64,000 bases of DNA from an uncultured virus (IMG/VR IMGVR_UViG_3300018405_000013). Its lineage: Duplodnaviria; Heunggongvirae; Uroviricota; Caudoviricetes. Shown in pieces: positions 9,280 through 19,307 of the stretch. The stretch lies in the IMG/VR virus record IMGVR_UViG_3300018405_000013. The stretch is one strand, 5' to 3'. How positions within the stretch are numbered: the stretch's first letter is position 1; every line of letters begins with the position of its first letter. The translations under genes and the position numbers were made by a program. A model generated the notes under the pieces. It worked only from the letters and a program-made list of their open reading frames with translations, did not search any database and was not told the DNA's origin.

Positions 9280-9507
9280 TTATAATAATTCTACATTAAA
9301 CTTATTAACAGATTCTATTTCACATTCAGCAAATGTTAAAATTCCTTCGCGTTTATCAAGCTTTGCCACAATTGAATATTTTGTATTACTTCTAAATCCA
9401 ATTACCGTTCCTACATATCCCTTTTCAATTTTAAGTTGTTCCATTGTTAGAAATGGATTGATATTATCTATAACGCGAACACGGTCACCAATATTATATT
9501 TTGTCAT
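9280..9507 (-). CDS. SH3-like protein, tag (FNVELL)
   Basis: Close tandem paralog of 9035. Confidence 0.85.
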   Translation of the reverse strand: MTKYNIGDRVRVIDNINPFLTMEQLKIEKGYVGTVIGFRSNTKYSIVAKLDKREGILTFAECEIESVNKFNVELL

Positions 9508-9517
9508 TTCACACCAC

Positions 9518-9886
9518 CTAAATTAAATCTATTTGATACGAATTTGCAACAAATTCATACCGTGTAACACCATCGTTAAGTTCACCAATAAATGATAGTT
9601 TTAAATTGTCGGATAGTGTTTTATACACGCGAAGGTGTAAATACCCATCTTTGAAATTCATATCAAATTCTGCACGAACATAATCTTCACCTAAGAGCCA
9701 ATCCTTAATCCAACAATCTCTGTTTCCATTTTCAATTCTTTCACAAGCCATAATTTGTTTGTATAGTTTTAAGTATGATTTAAAATCTGGAATAAGTATA
9801 TAAGCCACATGATATGCATTAAATTGGTCAACTTTCTGTAAATCATCTATTCTAATCATAACATCCTCTTTTCTAAAATAAATCAC
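9518..9886 (-). CDS. Y.QI/N..W family protein, tag (YQIDLI)
   Basis: Paralog of 11739, 12108, 24016, 24701. Confidence 0.8.
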   Translation of the reverse strand: MIYFRKEDVMIRIDDLQKVDQFNAYHVAYILIPDFKSYLKLYKQIMACERIENGNRDCWIKDWLLGEDYVRAEFDMNFKDGYLHLRVYKTLSDNLKLSFIGELNDGVTRYEFVANSYQIDLI

Positions 9887-9938
9887 ATCACCTACCTATT
9901 TTGGTAAAAGATATAGTCTTTGATAATTTATACCACAT

Positions 9939-10226
9939 TCATTTTTTCGTCGCTGTATGGGGCGATTTGACCCCTTCTCGCACGCCCTGTGCACGACACG
10001 ATAGATTATATTTCGCAAATTCAATCAGCAATCCAATTATTTCTGAAAATAATACAGCCACCACTAATATCGGGAAAACATTTGGATTTTTATTTAAACC
10101 CAACGATTGCAATATAAGAATTAGGCTTAAAAAGAATATCGTTGAGATGTTAGCCAGTATTTTGCTTAAAATCGAAATCCACTGGTAAAACATTCCGAAT
10201 ATAAACCCCATCGTTAATATTTCCAT
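9939..10226 (-). CDS. Membrane protein
   Basis: Hydrophobic segments; RBS AAGGAG. Confidence 0.55.
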   Translation of the reverse strand: MEILTMGFIFGMFYQWISILSKILANISTIFFLSLILILQSLGLNKNPNVFPILVVAVLFSEIIGLLIEFAKYNLSCRAQGVREGVKSPHTATKK

Positions 10227-10470
10227 AACAGTCTCCTTTTGTATGTTATAATAAAAGAAATATTTTATCTGTAAAATTCATTTTCTACACCCATAGAAAC
10301 ATATGGATGAAAGTTTTTGATTTTTAAGATTTATGCCTGAATATGACAAAAAGATTTTATCTATATTTTTTTTAGTTTTTCTTCAAGTTTAGCTTTATAG
10401 TATCCCGCTTTGTAGGCATTATACACTAATCCATATACGCACAATAATTCTGCGATAGTAACGCCTATTA

Positions 10471-10857
10471 TTATAATTCCATCCATTCTATTACCTGCTT
10501 TCCGTTGTCACAATACTGAGATAAATCTATTCCGATTTCATTTAACACGTCGCACTTAATCCATACGTTGGTAAGTTGACGTTCTTCGATTTTGTAAGGT
10601 TTATCATAATACTCAATCATATAGTAAACGTCAGCTTCTTTTTTGATTATTAAATAGGTGCATGATTCGTATTCATCGCCTTCAATAAATTCAAAATCAT
10701 ACAACCCACCAACTTCTAAATCTTGAAGGATTGTTCTTTTAATAACACCAATTTTTGTCTTTAAATCATAGTAATAGCCAATATTTTCATATCCACAAAA
10801 CTTATCGCCGTTTGTGTGTTCTTCAATCCGTAATTTTACATCATTCATTTTATTCAT
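10471..10857 (-). CDS. Hypothetical protein
   Basis: ORF with RBS AAGGAAG. Confidence 0.65.
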   Translation of the reverse strand: MNKMNDVKLRIEEHTNGDKFCGYENIGYYYDLKTKIGVIKRTILQDLEVGGLYDFEFIEGDEYESCTYLIIKKEADVYYMIEYYDKPYKIEERQLTNVWIKCDVLNEIGIDLSQYCDNGKQVIEWMEL

Positions 10858-10866
10858 CTTCCTTTG

Positions 10867-11148
10867 CTATAACAGTTCAACATTATATTTACTTTTAGAA
10901 AAATCAGACCATTTAAGAATAGTATAACTACTTCTACATAACCCAGATACACTTCCGAAATATCCTTCATTAAAATAGTAAACGGTTCCAGAACGATATA
11001 CATCAAAATTATTAGTTTTACTGTATGGCAAACCACCGACCCAACATCTACCATCGTCATGCATTAATTTGCAAAATTCAATACATTCTTCTTCTGTCTG
11101 ACAATGCATTACATAGTTGCCAGTATAGTCTTTAAAATTAAATTTCAT
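10867..11148 (-). CDS. C.T.EE..F family protein, tag (YNVELL)
   Basis: HCQTEEECIEFC...GRCW.GG. Confidence 0.8.
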   Translation of the reverse strand: MKFNFKDYTGNYVMHCQTEEECIEFCKLMHDDGRCWVGGLPYSKTNNFDVYRSGTVYYFNEGYFGSVSGLCRSSYTILKWSDFSKSKYNVELL

Positions 11149-11163
11149 ATCAAGACCTCCCTA

Positions 11164-11424
11164 TTAAATTAAATCCACCTCATATTGATTTACTTTCTGG
11201 ATTTCAGCAACACAACAAGCAACACAACTACCATTACCAAAGTTAATGGTTATTGGAAACGCTTCTGTTTCTGCCAACATTCCGACTATAACACCTTCAT
11301 CGCCAATATCAACGCCATATTCAACTAACGGTGCACCAGAAGAATAATCCGTCCTTATTATTTTAACCCTGTCGCCAACCTTATAATCATCAAAATTATT
11401 TGGTGGTAATAAATCACTTTTCAT
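11164..11424 (-). CDS. SH3-like protein, tag (YEVDLI)
   Basis: PLVEYGVDIGDEG; paralog of 8437. Confidence 0.8.
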   Translation of the reverse strand: MKSDLLPPNNFDDYKVGDRVKIIRTDYSSGAPLVEYGVDIGDEGVIVGMLAETEAFPITINFGNGSCVACCVAEIQKVNQYEVDLI

Positions 11425-11723
11425 ATCAAATCCACCTTATACTTATTTCCGTTCAAATATATATTATGAAGTTTAGTTTCTATGCAATCTACCTTCCAGA
11501 CTCTTGGAATACGTTTACTGTCATATTCCACATTTATAATGAATCCGCCATTTTTATCTCCTTTATACCATAAATCAATATCACGAATGATTCCAGTAGT
11601 GGGAAATTTGATACCATGTCGAACGGAATATATACCAACGGTATCGCCAATCATTATTTTTTCGCCGTCACATTCGACAGATATTATTTTGTCGCCATTA
11701 TATTTTAAAACACATTCTTTCAC
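11421..11723 (-). CDS. Small protein, tag (YKVDLI)
   Basis: IGDTV...G.I pattern; terminal motif. Confidence 0.8.
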   Translation of the reverse strand: MKECVLKYNGDKIISVECDGEKIMIGDTVGIYSVRHGIKFPTTGIIRDIDLWYKGDKNGGFIINVEYDSKRIPRVWKVDCIETKLHNIYLNGNKYKVDLI

Positions 11724-11738
11724 AATTACACCACCTTA

Positions 11739-12098
11739 TTATATTAAATCAACATTGTACGCGTTGATTGTAAATTTATATATTATGGAATCCGAATATA
11801 CCCTTGATATTAAGCTAAATTTTAAAAGCCCGGAAAATACATCCTTGTGAACTTTGACATACATAACCCCATCGCGCTTTTTAGATATAAATTCTTTCTG
11901 AATATACCATGAACCAATATCATAATCTTCACGCCAAGCGTTTCTATTTTTTTCTGCAACTAAATCAGAAGATATGATTTGTTCATACAGTTCATAATAT
12001 TCTTCGAACGTAGATATTGAAAAATATACCGTATTAAATTCACCTATGCGGGGAATACTGCAATCTGCAAGTTGTGATATATTTGTTATGATTTTCAT
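11739..12098 (-). CDS. Y.QI/N..W family protein, tag (YNVDLI)
   Basis: LYEQIISSD..NRNAWREDY. Confidence 0.8.
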   Translation of the reverse strand: MKIITNISQLADCSIPRIGEFNTVYFSISTFEEYYELYEQIISSDLVAEKNRNAWREDYDIGSWYIQKEFISKKRDGVMYVKVHKDVFSGLLKFSLISRVYSDSIIYKFTINAYNVDLI

Positions 12099-12107
12099 TT
12101 TAACCCC

Positions 12108-12461
12108 CTAAATTATATCAACAGTATATTCATTATTTTCAGAAAACTTATATATGAAATCATTTTCTTTAAAATCATCTGCAAAAGCAAGTTGAAACAT
12201 CAAACCATCGGAACATGAACCAATTCTAAGAAATATACAATTATCCTTCAAACTTACATAGTCGTTATATTCATATTCGATTCCATCTATACCACGGCAC
12301 AAATCATTAAACCAAGATTGTTTATTTATTGGTTCAACACAGTCTGAATTGGAAACTTGTTCGTAGAATTTCTTATACAGGTCAAGCCCTCCAATTCGTA
12401 AAAAATATCTTCTTTCAAAATCTGTAATTTCAATTTTATCTATATTGGATATTGCTACCAT
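12108..12461 (-). CDS. Y.QI/N..W family protein, tag (YTVDII)
   Basis: FYEQVSNSD..NKQSWFND. Confidence 0.8.
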   Translation of the reverse strand: MVAISNIDKIEITDFERRYFLRIGGLDLYKKFYEQVSNSDCVEPINKQSWFNDLCRGIDGIEYEYNDYVSLKDNCIFLRIGSCSDGLMFQLAFADDFKENDFIYKFSENNEYTVDII

Positions 12462-12466
12462 AATTT

Positions 12467-12826
12467 TTATTTCCTTCCTACATGAAATATGATGTAAAAT
12501 AGTTTATACATCATTATGCATAAATATACAATTAGCATAATGATGCAATAAATAGGATTAGCTATTATATATCCTACGGAAACAAACATGCATCCAAAGA
12601 TGTTCATTTTTGTATTTCTATATATTGAAATTGGCATAAAGTAAAACAGGTTTTCTTCATATAAATCAAAACCAATTGTAAAAAAGAATGCTATTATTCC
12701 ATACGCTATATATACGCCAATTGAAGAATTTATAATTATTTCCATACTTATACAACCCTTTCGTTTCATTTTAGAAAAGCACGAATTATACGTGCTTTTA
12801 ACTATTTCTTCCAAATATAGTAGCAT
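12467..12826 (-). CDS. Membrane protein (true start probably internal)
   Basis: Hydrophobic; IY..TKMN.FGC motif. Confidence 0.6.
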   Translation of the reverse strand: MLLYLEEIVKSTYNSCFSKMKRKGCISMEIIINSSIGVYIAYGIIAFFFTIGFDLYEENLFYFMPISIYRNTKMNIFGCMFVSVGYIIANPIYCIIMLIVYLCIMMYKLFYIIFHVGRK

Positions 12827-13014
12827 CCATTTCCAGTGGCGGACATATATGAATGCCCAAGGTCTGCAATATGTTTTTCGAAATCCTTGCGTTCCTTTAT
12901 TTCTTCCTGTGTCGCCAGATAAAGCGGAAATAGAACCTGTTTGCCATTTAGGAAATCTTTCATATTCTTTTCATTCCGTTGTTCTAATGTCATTTTCATT
13001 TCTTTACCTCTCAA
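12802..13014 (-). CDS. Hypothetical protein
   Basis: ORF in operon context. Confidence 0.55.
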   Translation of the reverse strand: MRGKEMKMTLEQRNEKNMKDFLNGKQVLFPLYLATQEEIKERKDFEKHIADLGHSYMSATGNGCYYIWKK

Positions 13015-13028
13015 AATAAATCCTAAAT

Positions 13029-13265
13029 TTAAACAACCCCGCTGTCTAAATATCTAAACGTAAACGATTTCTTAAACCACTTTTTAATACATGGTGTATT
13101 TCCTTCAAGGCAACTAACTACTTCAATTGCGCTAACTTTAAATTCTTTGCAGATATCAAAAACTGATTTGAAAACTTCGCCAGTTTCAAGACAAATAATA
13201 TCACGTTCTGGAAGATTTAAAGGTCTATATACCTTTATTCTGACGTCTTTCTTTTTTCTTCTCAT
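13029..13265 (-). CDS. NUMOD1-like DNA-binding protein
   Basis: IICLETGEVFKSVFDICKEF motif. Confidence 0.6.
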   Translation of the reverse strand: MRRKKKDVRIKVYRPLNLPERDIICLETGEVFKSVFDICKEFKVSAIEVVSCLEGNTPCIKKWFKKSFTFRYLDSGVV

Positions 13266-13279
13266 TTCATTTACCTCCC

Positions 13280-13615
13280 TTAATAGATGTAGTCCATTAG
13301 CAGTTTAGCTTTGTATATTTCCGAAGCCAATCTTTTACACTGTATCATCTGTTTGTCTGATAATTTCTTTCCAGACTGAATCTGTTTAACAAAACTACCT
13401 ATATATGCATATCCGCTTATAAGACTGTAATCAATAGCAATTTTAAGCTTTTCAATATCCAATAATTTTAGCGTATCTTCTATGTCATTAGAAGATTTAA
13501 AATACGTAGTCCATTTAACAGACCTTCCATAAATAGCTTCCCTTGATTGGTTGCTATTTACTTCAATAGCGATTCTCATATATCCATTATGTAATTTCAT
13601 CTTTTTACCTTCCAA
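13280..13615 (-). CDS. Hypothetical protein
   Basis: ORF directly behind promoter. Confidence 0.65.
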   Translation of the reverse strand: MEGKKMKLHNGYMRIAIEVNSNQSREAIYGRSVKWTTYFKSSNDIEDTLKLLDIEKLKIAIDYSLISGYAYIGSFVKQIQSGKKLSDKQMIQCKRLASEIYKAKLLMDYIY

Positions 13616-13647
13616 AGTAAATATCTCTTTCTTTAACTTATATATAT

Positions 13648-13676
13648 ATTATATCACTTTTTAGATACTATGTCAA
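13648..13676 (-). promoter_or_regulatory. SigA-type promoter with extended -10
   Basis: TTGACA-17-TATAAT with TG. Confidence 0.85.
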
Positions 13677-13680
13677 ATTA

Positions 13681-13705
13681 AAAAAGACCACAAAAGTGGT
13701 CTTTT
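13681..13705 (-). terminator. Intrinsic terminator (sequence repeated near 7861 and 16368)
   Basis: AAAAGACCAC-AAAA-GTGGTCTTTT. Confidence 0.85.
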
Positions 13706-13707
13706 TA

Positions 13708-14001
13708 TTATAATTTATTTACGTATGGCGTTAAGATATCAATTACATCACCCTCTATTATCAGTGATTCTGGGCAACCGTTTTTAAGCAAGGTATCTTT
13801 TATGTTTCTATTTACAAGAACCTGCGCCATGATTTTAGTTCCACGCCGAACATAGTCAGCGCCCATAGAACTTATTGTAAATTTCTTTTCTGGTAAATAG
13901 AAAATTAAATCATTCTTACCAATTCCGGATTTCAATAAATCATCTTTATTTTTTATTGCAAATTTATCGCCGGCTATAACATCCTTAAAATCATTCTTCA
14001 T
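13708..14001 (-). CDS. Stand-alone domain homologous to the N-terminus of the 47473-49005 protein
   Basis: GDKFAIKNKDDLLKSGIGKNDLIFYL vs GDNLVIKSQEELKAEGIDESDLAYYL. Confidence 0.75.
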   Translation of the reverse strand: MKNDFKDVIAGDKFAIKNKDDLLKSGIGKNDLIFYLPEKKFTISSMGADYVRRGTKIMAQVLVNRNIKDTLLKNGCPESLIIEGDVIDILTPYVNKL

Positions 14002-14021
14002 TTTTTAACACCCCTTTTTTA

Positions 14022-14363
14022 TCAAATTAAATCGACGCAATATTCACCCGCAATATGAAGTTGTGATTTTTCATGGTCATAACTAAAATTAGTTATAATA
14101 TCAAATTCAACGTATCTTTTTATACTAGCATATACATTTTCAATTTCAGACCAACTGAAAACACCATTTTCGGCATTAAGATTTCTATTTCCAGTATTTT
14201 CATGCAATGCATAATGACCTTTGCTATATTTATATATTATTGGATAGTATTTATCAACCTTCATATAGTTTCTTATATCGCTATCCTTTATTTTTTTTAC
14301 CTTTATAAGAGCTACAATATGGTGGATGCTTGGATCAAATCTTTCTATTTTCATTTCTGTCAT
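14022..14363 (-). CDS. YYPI family protein, tag (YCVDLI)
   Basis: VDKYYPIIYK. Confidence 0.8.
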   Translation of the reverse strand: MTEMKIERFDPSIHHIVALIKVKKIKDSDIRNYMKVDKYYPIIYKYSKGHYALHENTGNRNLNAENGVFSWSEIENVYASIKRYVEFDIITNFSYDHEKSQLHIAGEYCVDLI

Positions 14364-14380
14364 GTTAAGTTTACCTCCGG

Positions 14381-14827
14381 CTATACTTCAATTTCCTTAA
14401 TTTCAAGGTCTGGATATTCTCTTGCGATTTCCATTAGTTCCTTAAAACTCCAATCTGTAACTTCGCCACGACTATCATATTCACCATTGATGTAGATATA
14501 TTTGTAATCATCATCATCGGATATGATAAGGATACAGTTTGGATTTGCTGAAACTATGTCTTCAAATTGCTGTTCTTCTTCCAATTCTGCCTTTTCAATA
14601 GCCGCTATTCCTTTAACATATGCATTATAATATTCCTTATCCCATTCGTCTTCATCCATTACGAATAATTCCTTATCGAAATATGCAACCGCATTGAAAT
14701 AGCCCTCTTTTTCATATTTAATTCCAACACGACCTGGTGCATTGAATACTGGATATACTTCATAAGTAACACCCGCCACTACATTAACAGATATGTTTTC
14801 ACAACTTTCTATACAAACCGCTTTCAT
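14381..14827 (-). CDS. Acidic hypothetical protein, untagged
   Basis: N-terminus (VCI....G.TYEV) resembles the 17155/30306 family. Confidence 0.7.
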   Translation of the reverse strand: MKAVCIESCENISVNVVAGVTYEVYPVFNAPGRVGIKYEKEGYFNAVAYFDKELFVMDEDEWDKEYYNAYVKGIAAIEKAELEEEQQFEDIVSANPNCILIISDDDDYKYIYINGEYDSRGEVTDWSFKELMEIAREYPDLEIKEIEV

Positions 14828-15159
14828 TTTTTCACCCTCCCATTGATATAATTAACTTTAAATCCAAAACCATTATTATCTGTAATAACCCACAAGTTAT
14901 CAAGATTGAACCTTCCATTCATTTCAACATCTCCGGCATTTCTTGTTGAGCCAGTGCCAGTTACGAATGCATAATACTGACCCATATTGTCAATATACAA
15001 TCTTTTTACTTTATACATAAGGTATTTTTCAATATCCTTGTTTGTTTCACAACCTTCAAGGTTGCCTTTGTACATAACAGTATCACCAATTGATATAACA
15101 GAACAATCCCCTTTAACAGACAGGATTTCGCCATCTTTTGTTTTAACAATAGAAAACAT
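14824..15159 (-). CDS. Hypothetical protein
   Basis: RBS AGGGGGG; overlaps downstream start. Confidence 0.65.
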   Translation of the reverse strand: MFSIVKTKDGEILSVKGDCSVISIGDTVMYKGNLEGCETNKDIEKYLMYKVKRLYIDNMGQYYAFVTGTGSTRNAGDVEMNGRFNLDNLWVITDNNGFGFKVNYINGRVKK

Positions 15160-15168
15160 AAAACCCCC

Positions 15169-15594
15169 CTATATGTTAAGTTTGTAATATTTATTATTAC
15201 AACCATGTTCATAAACAAATCCGACTTCTTCATATATCTTTTGCGCCACTGGATTATTGGAAAACAATCTTATGCAATCTTCGCCGCGCTTTTTTAAGAT
15301 TTCAGTCATATCGTTGATACATTCTTTCATAAGCATATGACAAATTCCGTTGTTTCTATATTCTTCATCTGTGCATACGCCATATATAGTTCTTCCTGCG
15401 TATATACACATAGCAACAGGTTTTTCATTATGCAATATTACTAATGCGCCGTCAGCCATATTGAACGGCACGTATTGGTGAAATGAATCGTATGTAATTC
15501 TGTCCATTTCACATCCATGCTTAATCCGCATATTTTCCACATCATATCTGTTATTTGCACGCTTTACCTGTAGTTCTTCAATATTTACTTTCAT
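15169..15594 (-). CDS. GNAT family acetyltransferase
   Basis: VCTDEEYRNNGI acetyl-CoA loop; NPVAQKIYEEVGF. Confidence 0.85.
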   Translation of the reverse strand: MKVNIEELQVKRANNRYDVENMRIKHGCEMDRITYDSFHQYVPFNMADGALVILHNEKPVAMCIYAGRTIYGVCTDEEYRNNGICHMLMKECINDMTEILKKRGEDCIRLFSNNPVAQKIYEEVGFVYEHGCNNKYYKLNI

Positions 15595-15784
15595 TTTAAT
15601 TTCCTCCCAAATTTTTTATTATAATTCATTTGTTTTACATAATCTAATACTACATCCATCATAATGTATAGTATATGATTCACCGTCTTGTGTTTCAAGA
15701 ATAATTTCTTCGTCATCAACAACTGTGACGTTGGCTATATTCTTATCTTTTAAAACTGAAAATTCATTTGGCATAATTCACCAC

Positions 15785-16285
15785 CTAATTCCTTACAATA
15801 TATCCAAAACAACAATTTGTTTTTAAAACATCTGAAAGCTGTTTGCTATTTGTGTCAAATTTAAAATCTTCAACGCCCTCAAATACGCTTGTTCTTATAT
15901 TTTGAAGTTTAAGCCAAATTGCATTATTTTCACCTTCCCAAATAGTGGGTGTAATATCTTCGCATGGTGATTTTCTTCCGCCTGCCCTTGAACGAATATC
16001 TACAACGTCTGCTGTATATTCTATTTCATTAACACCGCCACCAGATTTACCAATAACAAAAAATACTTGAACGCAATACCCTTTTGCGATTGCATTAAAA
16101 AATTCTTCTTTTCGTTTATCAGATATACCCATAGGAAGTGAATTTGTAGAAAACCATGTTTCGCCTTTTTCCACATTAACTAACCCATATTCTTTCATAG
16201 TCTGAAACCCATCGAGCGAATCCGTATTGTCACGACCTAACTTTACAAATATTGATACTGGATGTATACCGATATATTTTTTCAT
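15785..16285 (-). CDS. Hypothetical protein
   Basis: 166-aa ORF behind its own promoter. Confidence 0.7.
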   Translation of the reverse strand: MKKYIGIHPVSIFVKLGRDNTDSLDGFQTMKEYGLVNVEKGETWFSTNSLPMGISDKRKEEFFNAIAKGYCVQVFFVIGKSGGGVNEIEYTADVVDIRSRAGGRKSPCEDITPTIWEGENNAIWLKLQNIRTSVFEGVEDFKFDTNSKQLSDVLKTNCCFGYIVRN

Positions 16286-16336
16286 AATTTTACCTTGCCT
16301 TTCGTTTATAATAATATGTATTTCTTAACTATATAT

Positions 16337-16365
16337 ATTATATCAAATATAACCCATAAAGTCAA
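16337..16365 (-). promoter_or_regulatory. SigA-type promoter
   Basis: TTGACT-17-TATAAT with TG; terminator GACCAC-AAAA-GTGGTC immediately upstream (16368-16387). Confidence 0.8.
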
Positions 16366-16514
16366 ATAAGACCACAAAAGTGGTCTTATTATTTAATGTC
16401 TTATTAAAAGCCACCACCAACCGAATTTATGAAATCCTTGAATATCAACATATACGGCTAATGACACTGTAGCTATTAGCAACATGCTGACAAACACTAT
16501 TCTTAACTTATTCA

Positions 16515-16832
16515 TTATGATTTACCATCCTTACGACAACTTAAGCAATATTTTATAAGACTTTCATACGTCATAAATGTTTCCCAGCCCATAGGTTTTG
16601 CAAAGTGATATTCATCTGAAACTGGATTATGAAATATTATATTAGAACTTGCAACCATTATATCACTAAACAGATTTGCTGGCTTATTTTCTTGGTAACA
16701 TGACCAGTTGCATATATCCCATAACCGTTCTCTGTCGAACGTTTCCACTTCAATATAACCATGCTCTGTTATATCAAAACCAATTCCTTTGCCATAATAA
16801 CTAAATGCTACCTTAAGAATTTTTGCTTTCAT
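16515..16832 (-). CDS. Hypothetical protein
   Basis: RBS AGGAGG. Confidence 0.7.
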   Translation of the reverse strand: MKAKILKVAFSYYGKGIGFDITEHGYIEVETFDRERLWDICNWSCYQENKPANLFSDIMVASSNIIFHNPVSDEYHFAKPMGWETFMTYESLIKYCLSCRKDGKS

Positions 16833-16846
16833 TTTAAAATCTCCTC

Positions 16847-17140
16847 CTATTTAACTTCAACAAAATCATCCGTTCTCAATCTTATATGATTACCATTATA
16901 CATACCATCAAATCCGGTGGAACAATTTTCTTTTCCGAACCACATATTATATGTTTCAAATGATTTCAAAATTTCCTTCATTTGAACTTCGTCCACGGTA
17001 ACAACCCCACCTTTGGGAACAGCTAAATGAAATTCATTATGTTTTACACAAAAATCATAAGCGTCACAACCATAGAAATTTGGTTTTATAACATCGCGGA
17101 TTGCAACAAGTTTGTAAACTATTGGTAATTTTTCCGACAT
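16847..17140 (-). CDS. Hypothetical protein
   Basis: RBS AAGGAGG. Confidence 0.7.
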   Translation of the reverse strand: MSEKLPIVYKLVAIRDVIKPNFYGCDAYDFCVKHNEFHLAVPKGGVVTVDEVQMKEILKSFETYNMWFGKENCSTGFDGMYNGNHIRLRTDDFVEVK

Positions 17141-17154
17141 ATTAACACACCTCC

Positions 17155-17352
17155 TTATAATAGGTTAACAGTATACTGATTTTCTGCTTCTATAAATCTT
17201 CGGTAATAATAGTATATGCCACCATTTATATTAACGAAATAGAAAATTTCACTTCCAATTTTTTCTGTCTTACGTTCATCTATTTCGTACACGGCATCAA
17301 TTTTCAACGCACACTCAACACCTTCATTATCAATGCATTTCATTCTTTTCAT
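17155..17352 (-). CDS. C.DN.G family protein, tag (YTVNLL)
   Basis: Paralog of 30306, 32861, 33058. Confidence 0.8.
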   Translation of the reverse strand: MKRMKCIDNEGVECALKIDAVYEIDERKTEKIGSEIFYFVNINGGIYYYYRRFIEAENQYTVNLL

Positions 17353-17645
17353 AATAAATTTACCTCATATGTTCCATATTTTTCAATTCCAGGTTCAGAT
17401 ATAATAAACACATGGTTTTCATCACGAACGATATATAATAATTTTCTTTCATGCGGATGAATTATAGTGTTAATAACCCTTCCAATCGTTCCTTCTTCCG
17501 GTGAATATCCTTCATAAAATTCTGAAAGTAGGGTTGGAAAATTGTTATTTATAAGTTCTGAATACATACAATAAGTTCTTCCATTGTGTATCACCTTAAC
17601 AGAATCACCAATGGCAATATTATTAGTTTTAATTCCCATTTCCAT
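17349..17645 (-). CDS. W..N.P/IAP family protein, tag (YEVNLL)
   Basis: Paralog of 5206 (EGTIG.V). Confidence 0.8.
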   Translation of the reverse strand: MEMGIKTNNIAIGDSVKVIHNGRTYCMYSELINNNFPTLLSEFYEGYSPEEGTIGRVINTIIHPHERKLLYIVRDENHVFIISEPGIEKYGTYEVNLL

Positions 17646-17654
17646 AACAGCTCC

Positions 17655-18710
17655 TTATAGGTATTCTGATAGTCGTTCAGCCAATAATCTTTTTTTATTA
17701 TTTGGAACAGAATGTGCTGAACCGCATGATGAGGATTTTTTATTGTCGTCCATCATAGACATCATCAATAATGGAATAATATCTTTATTGTTATTTCCCA
17801 TCATCATAAATTTAAGCATTTCTTTATTAGTTTCATCTTCTATACTATCTAAAAGAAATTCTTCTATTGTATATTTAGAATTAGTTTTTTCATCTGGAAT
17901 TGGTGATAAAGGATTCATATTTCCTTTATTATACCTTTCACGAATATTGTCTAATGGATTCTCAGTAGATAATTCTAATGTAACAGGCTTATCAATTTGT
18001 CCCAACGTGGATTTGAAATCACTATAAACTAACCCATCACGTTCAAGTATTGTGCTTAACACCTGTGCGTTTACAGTTGTGTTCAGAATTTCAACCTTCT
18101 TAATGTCATTTAGAATAACACTGGCACCTTGGCAAAATAAATTTAATGAATTATTTATTGATTCAAGTGATTCAGTTCTTTCATCGCAATCTGGTGATAG
18201 GAATATATTTTTATAGTTAGAAATCATACCCATAATCATTGGTATATAATGTGTTATAAATTTTCTAATATCGTTATTATCACAAGGATAGTTATTTATA
18301 GCTATGTCAAAAATAGAACAACCATTTTCTTTAACACTCGCAAATAACCCGATTATTGTATTATTCGCCGAAGGAATATAGTGTGAATAAGACACCGGAA
18401 AATGCCCTATTGTATTGTTTAAACATGATTCAAACTTACGTTTAGAGTTTTCTAATTCTTTCTTTTCTTTGCAATCACCCATAAGTTTTTCTGGTGATCC
18501 AGCAGACGATTCTGTTTTTAATTTGTGGCTATCAATTAGAACATGTTCTAAGAATCTGCACACACCGATTGCAATAACACTTAAAACGCCTATGACTATA
18601 AAAACTTGTAACACGGTAGTTATCTCCATTAACGCACAGAACAGCATGGTTGCAATAAGTGTTACAACGCCTAATAATGCGCCAATACAAAATTTAATTC
18701 CATTCTTCAT
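17655..18710 (-). CDS. Membrane-anchored XpaC-like protein with Met-rich C-terminal motif
   Basis: Two TM helices; IRKFITHYIP resembles the XpaC RRF..YYLP motif; MLKFMMMG..IIPLLMMSMM. Confidence 0.55.
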   Translation of the reverse strand: MKNGIKFCIGALLGVVTLIATMLFCALMEITTVLQVFIVIGVLSVIAIGVCRFLEHVLIDSHKLKTESSAGSPEKLMGDCKEKKELENSKRKFESCLNNTIGHFPVSYSHYIPSANNTIIGLFASVKENGCSIFDIAINNYPCDNNDIRKFITHYIPMIMGMISNYKNIFLSPDCDERTESLESINNSLNLFCQGASVILNDIKKVEILNTTVNAQVLSTILERDGLVYSDFKSTLGQIDKPVTLELSTENPLDNIRERYNKGNMNPLSPIPDEKTNSKYTIEEFLLDSIEDETNKEMLKFMMMGNNNKDIIPLLMMSMMDDNKKSSSCGSAHSVPNNKKRLLAERLSEYL

Positions 18711-18881
18711 TTCTATTACCTCCCAAAGTAATTATTTAATATTATGATACCTTTTGACGCTTTTCTAGCCATTTTGAAAAATTACGAAAATCTTTCATAT
18801 GATATTTCATCCAAATAGTATGCATTTGACCTTCATTATAAATATTTCCATTAAATAGATACCAATTCATATTCGCACCAC

Positions 18882-19181
18882 CTAAATCAATTCTGTTTTA
18901 TATTCATCAATAACTTTTAAATAATCATCCCAATCAAAAAGATTGATATACCAACAGTGGTCTTGTTTTCCAACAGGAAACAATTTATATTCTTTGTCGT
19001 AATCATCCAGTATAATGCCGTGGGCATTGTGACCGTCGTGCCCACTAATATCTGATTCAAATTCGACAAGAATAAGTGTTTCACCTATTCCAATAACTTT
19101 CCCATTAACGCCTACGAATAAATCATTGTCGTCGTGTGCTTCAATCCCAACCACGGATTGACCAATTTTAATTTCGTTCAT
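18882..19181 (-). CDS. SH3-like H[DN]G/CW family protein, tag (YKTELI)
   Basis: VEFESDISGHDGH...HCWY; paralog of 21111. Confidence 0.8.
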   Translation of the reverse strand: MNEIKIGQSVVGIEAHDDNDLFVGVNGKVIGIGETLILVEFESDISGHDGHNAHGIILDDYDKEYKLFPVGKQDHCWYINLFDWDDYLKVIDEYKTELI

Positions 19182-19231
19182 TTTAATTACCTCCCAAATA
19201 TGTATTTATTACTTAACCTTAACTTACTTAT

Positions 19232-19260
19232 ATTATATCAAATTTTTATAGAAATGTCAA
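19232..19260 (-). promoter_or_regulatory. SigA-type promoter
   Basis: TTGACA-17-TATAAT with TG. Confidence 0.85.
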
Positions 19261-19307
19261 AAAAAAAAGAACTACATGACGTAGTTCTTTTAAATGTTAA
19301 ATATTTA

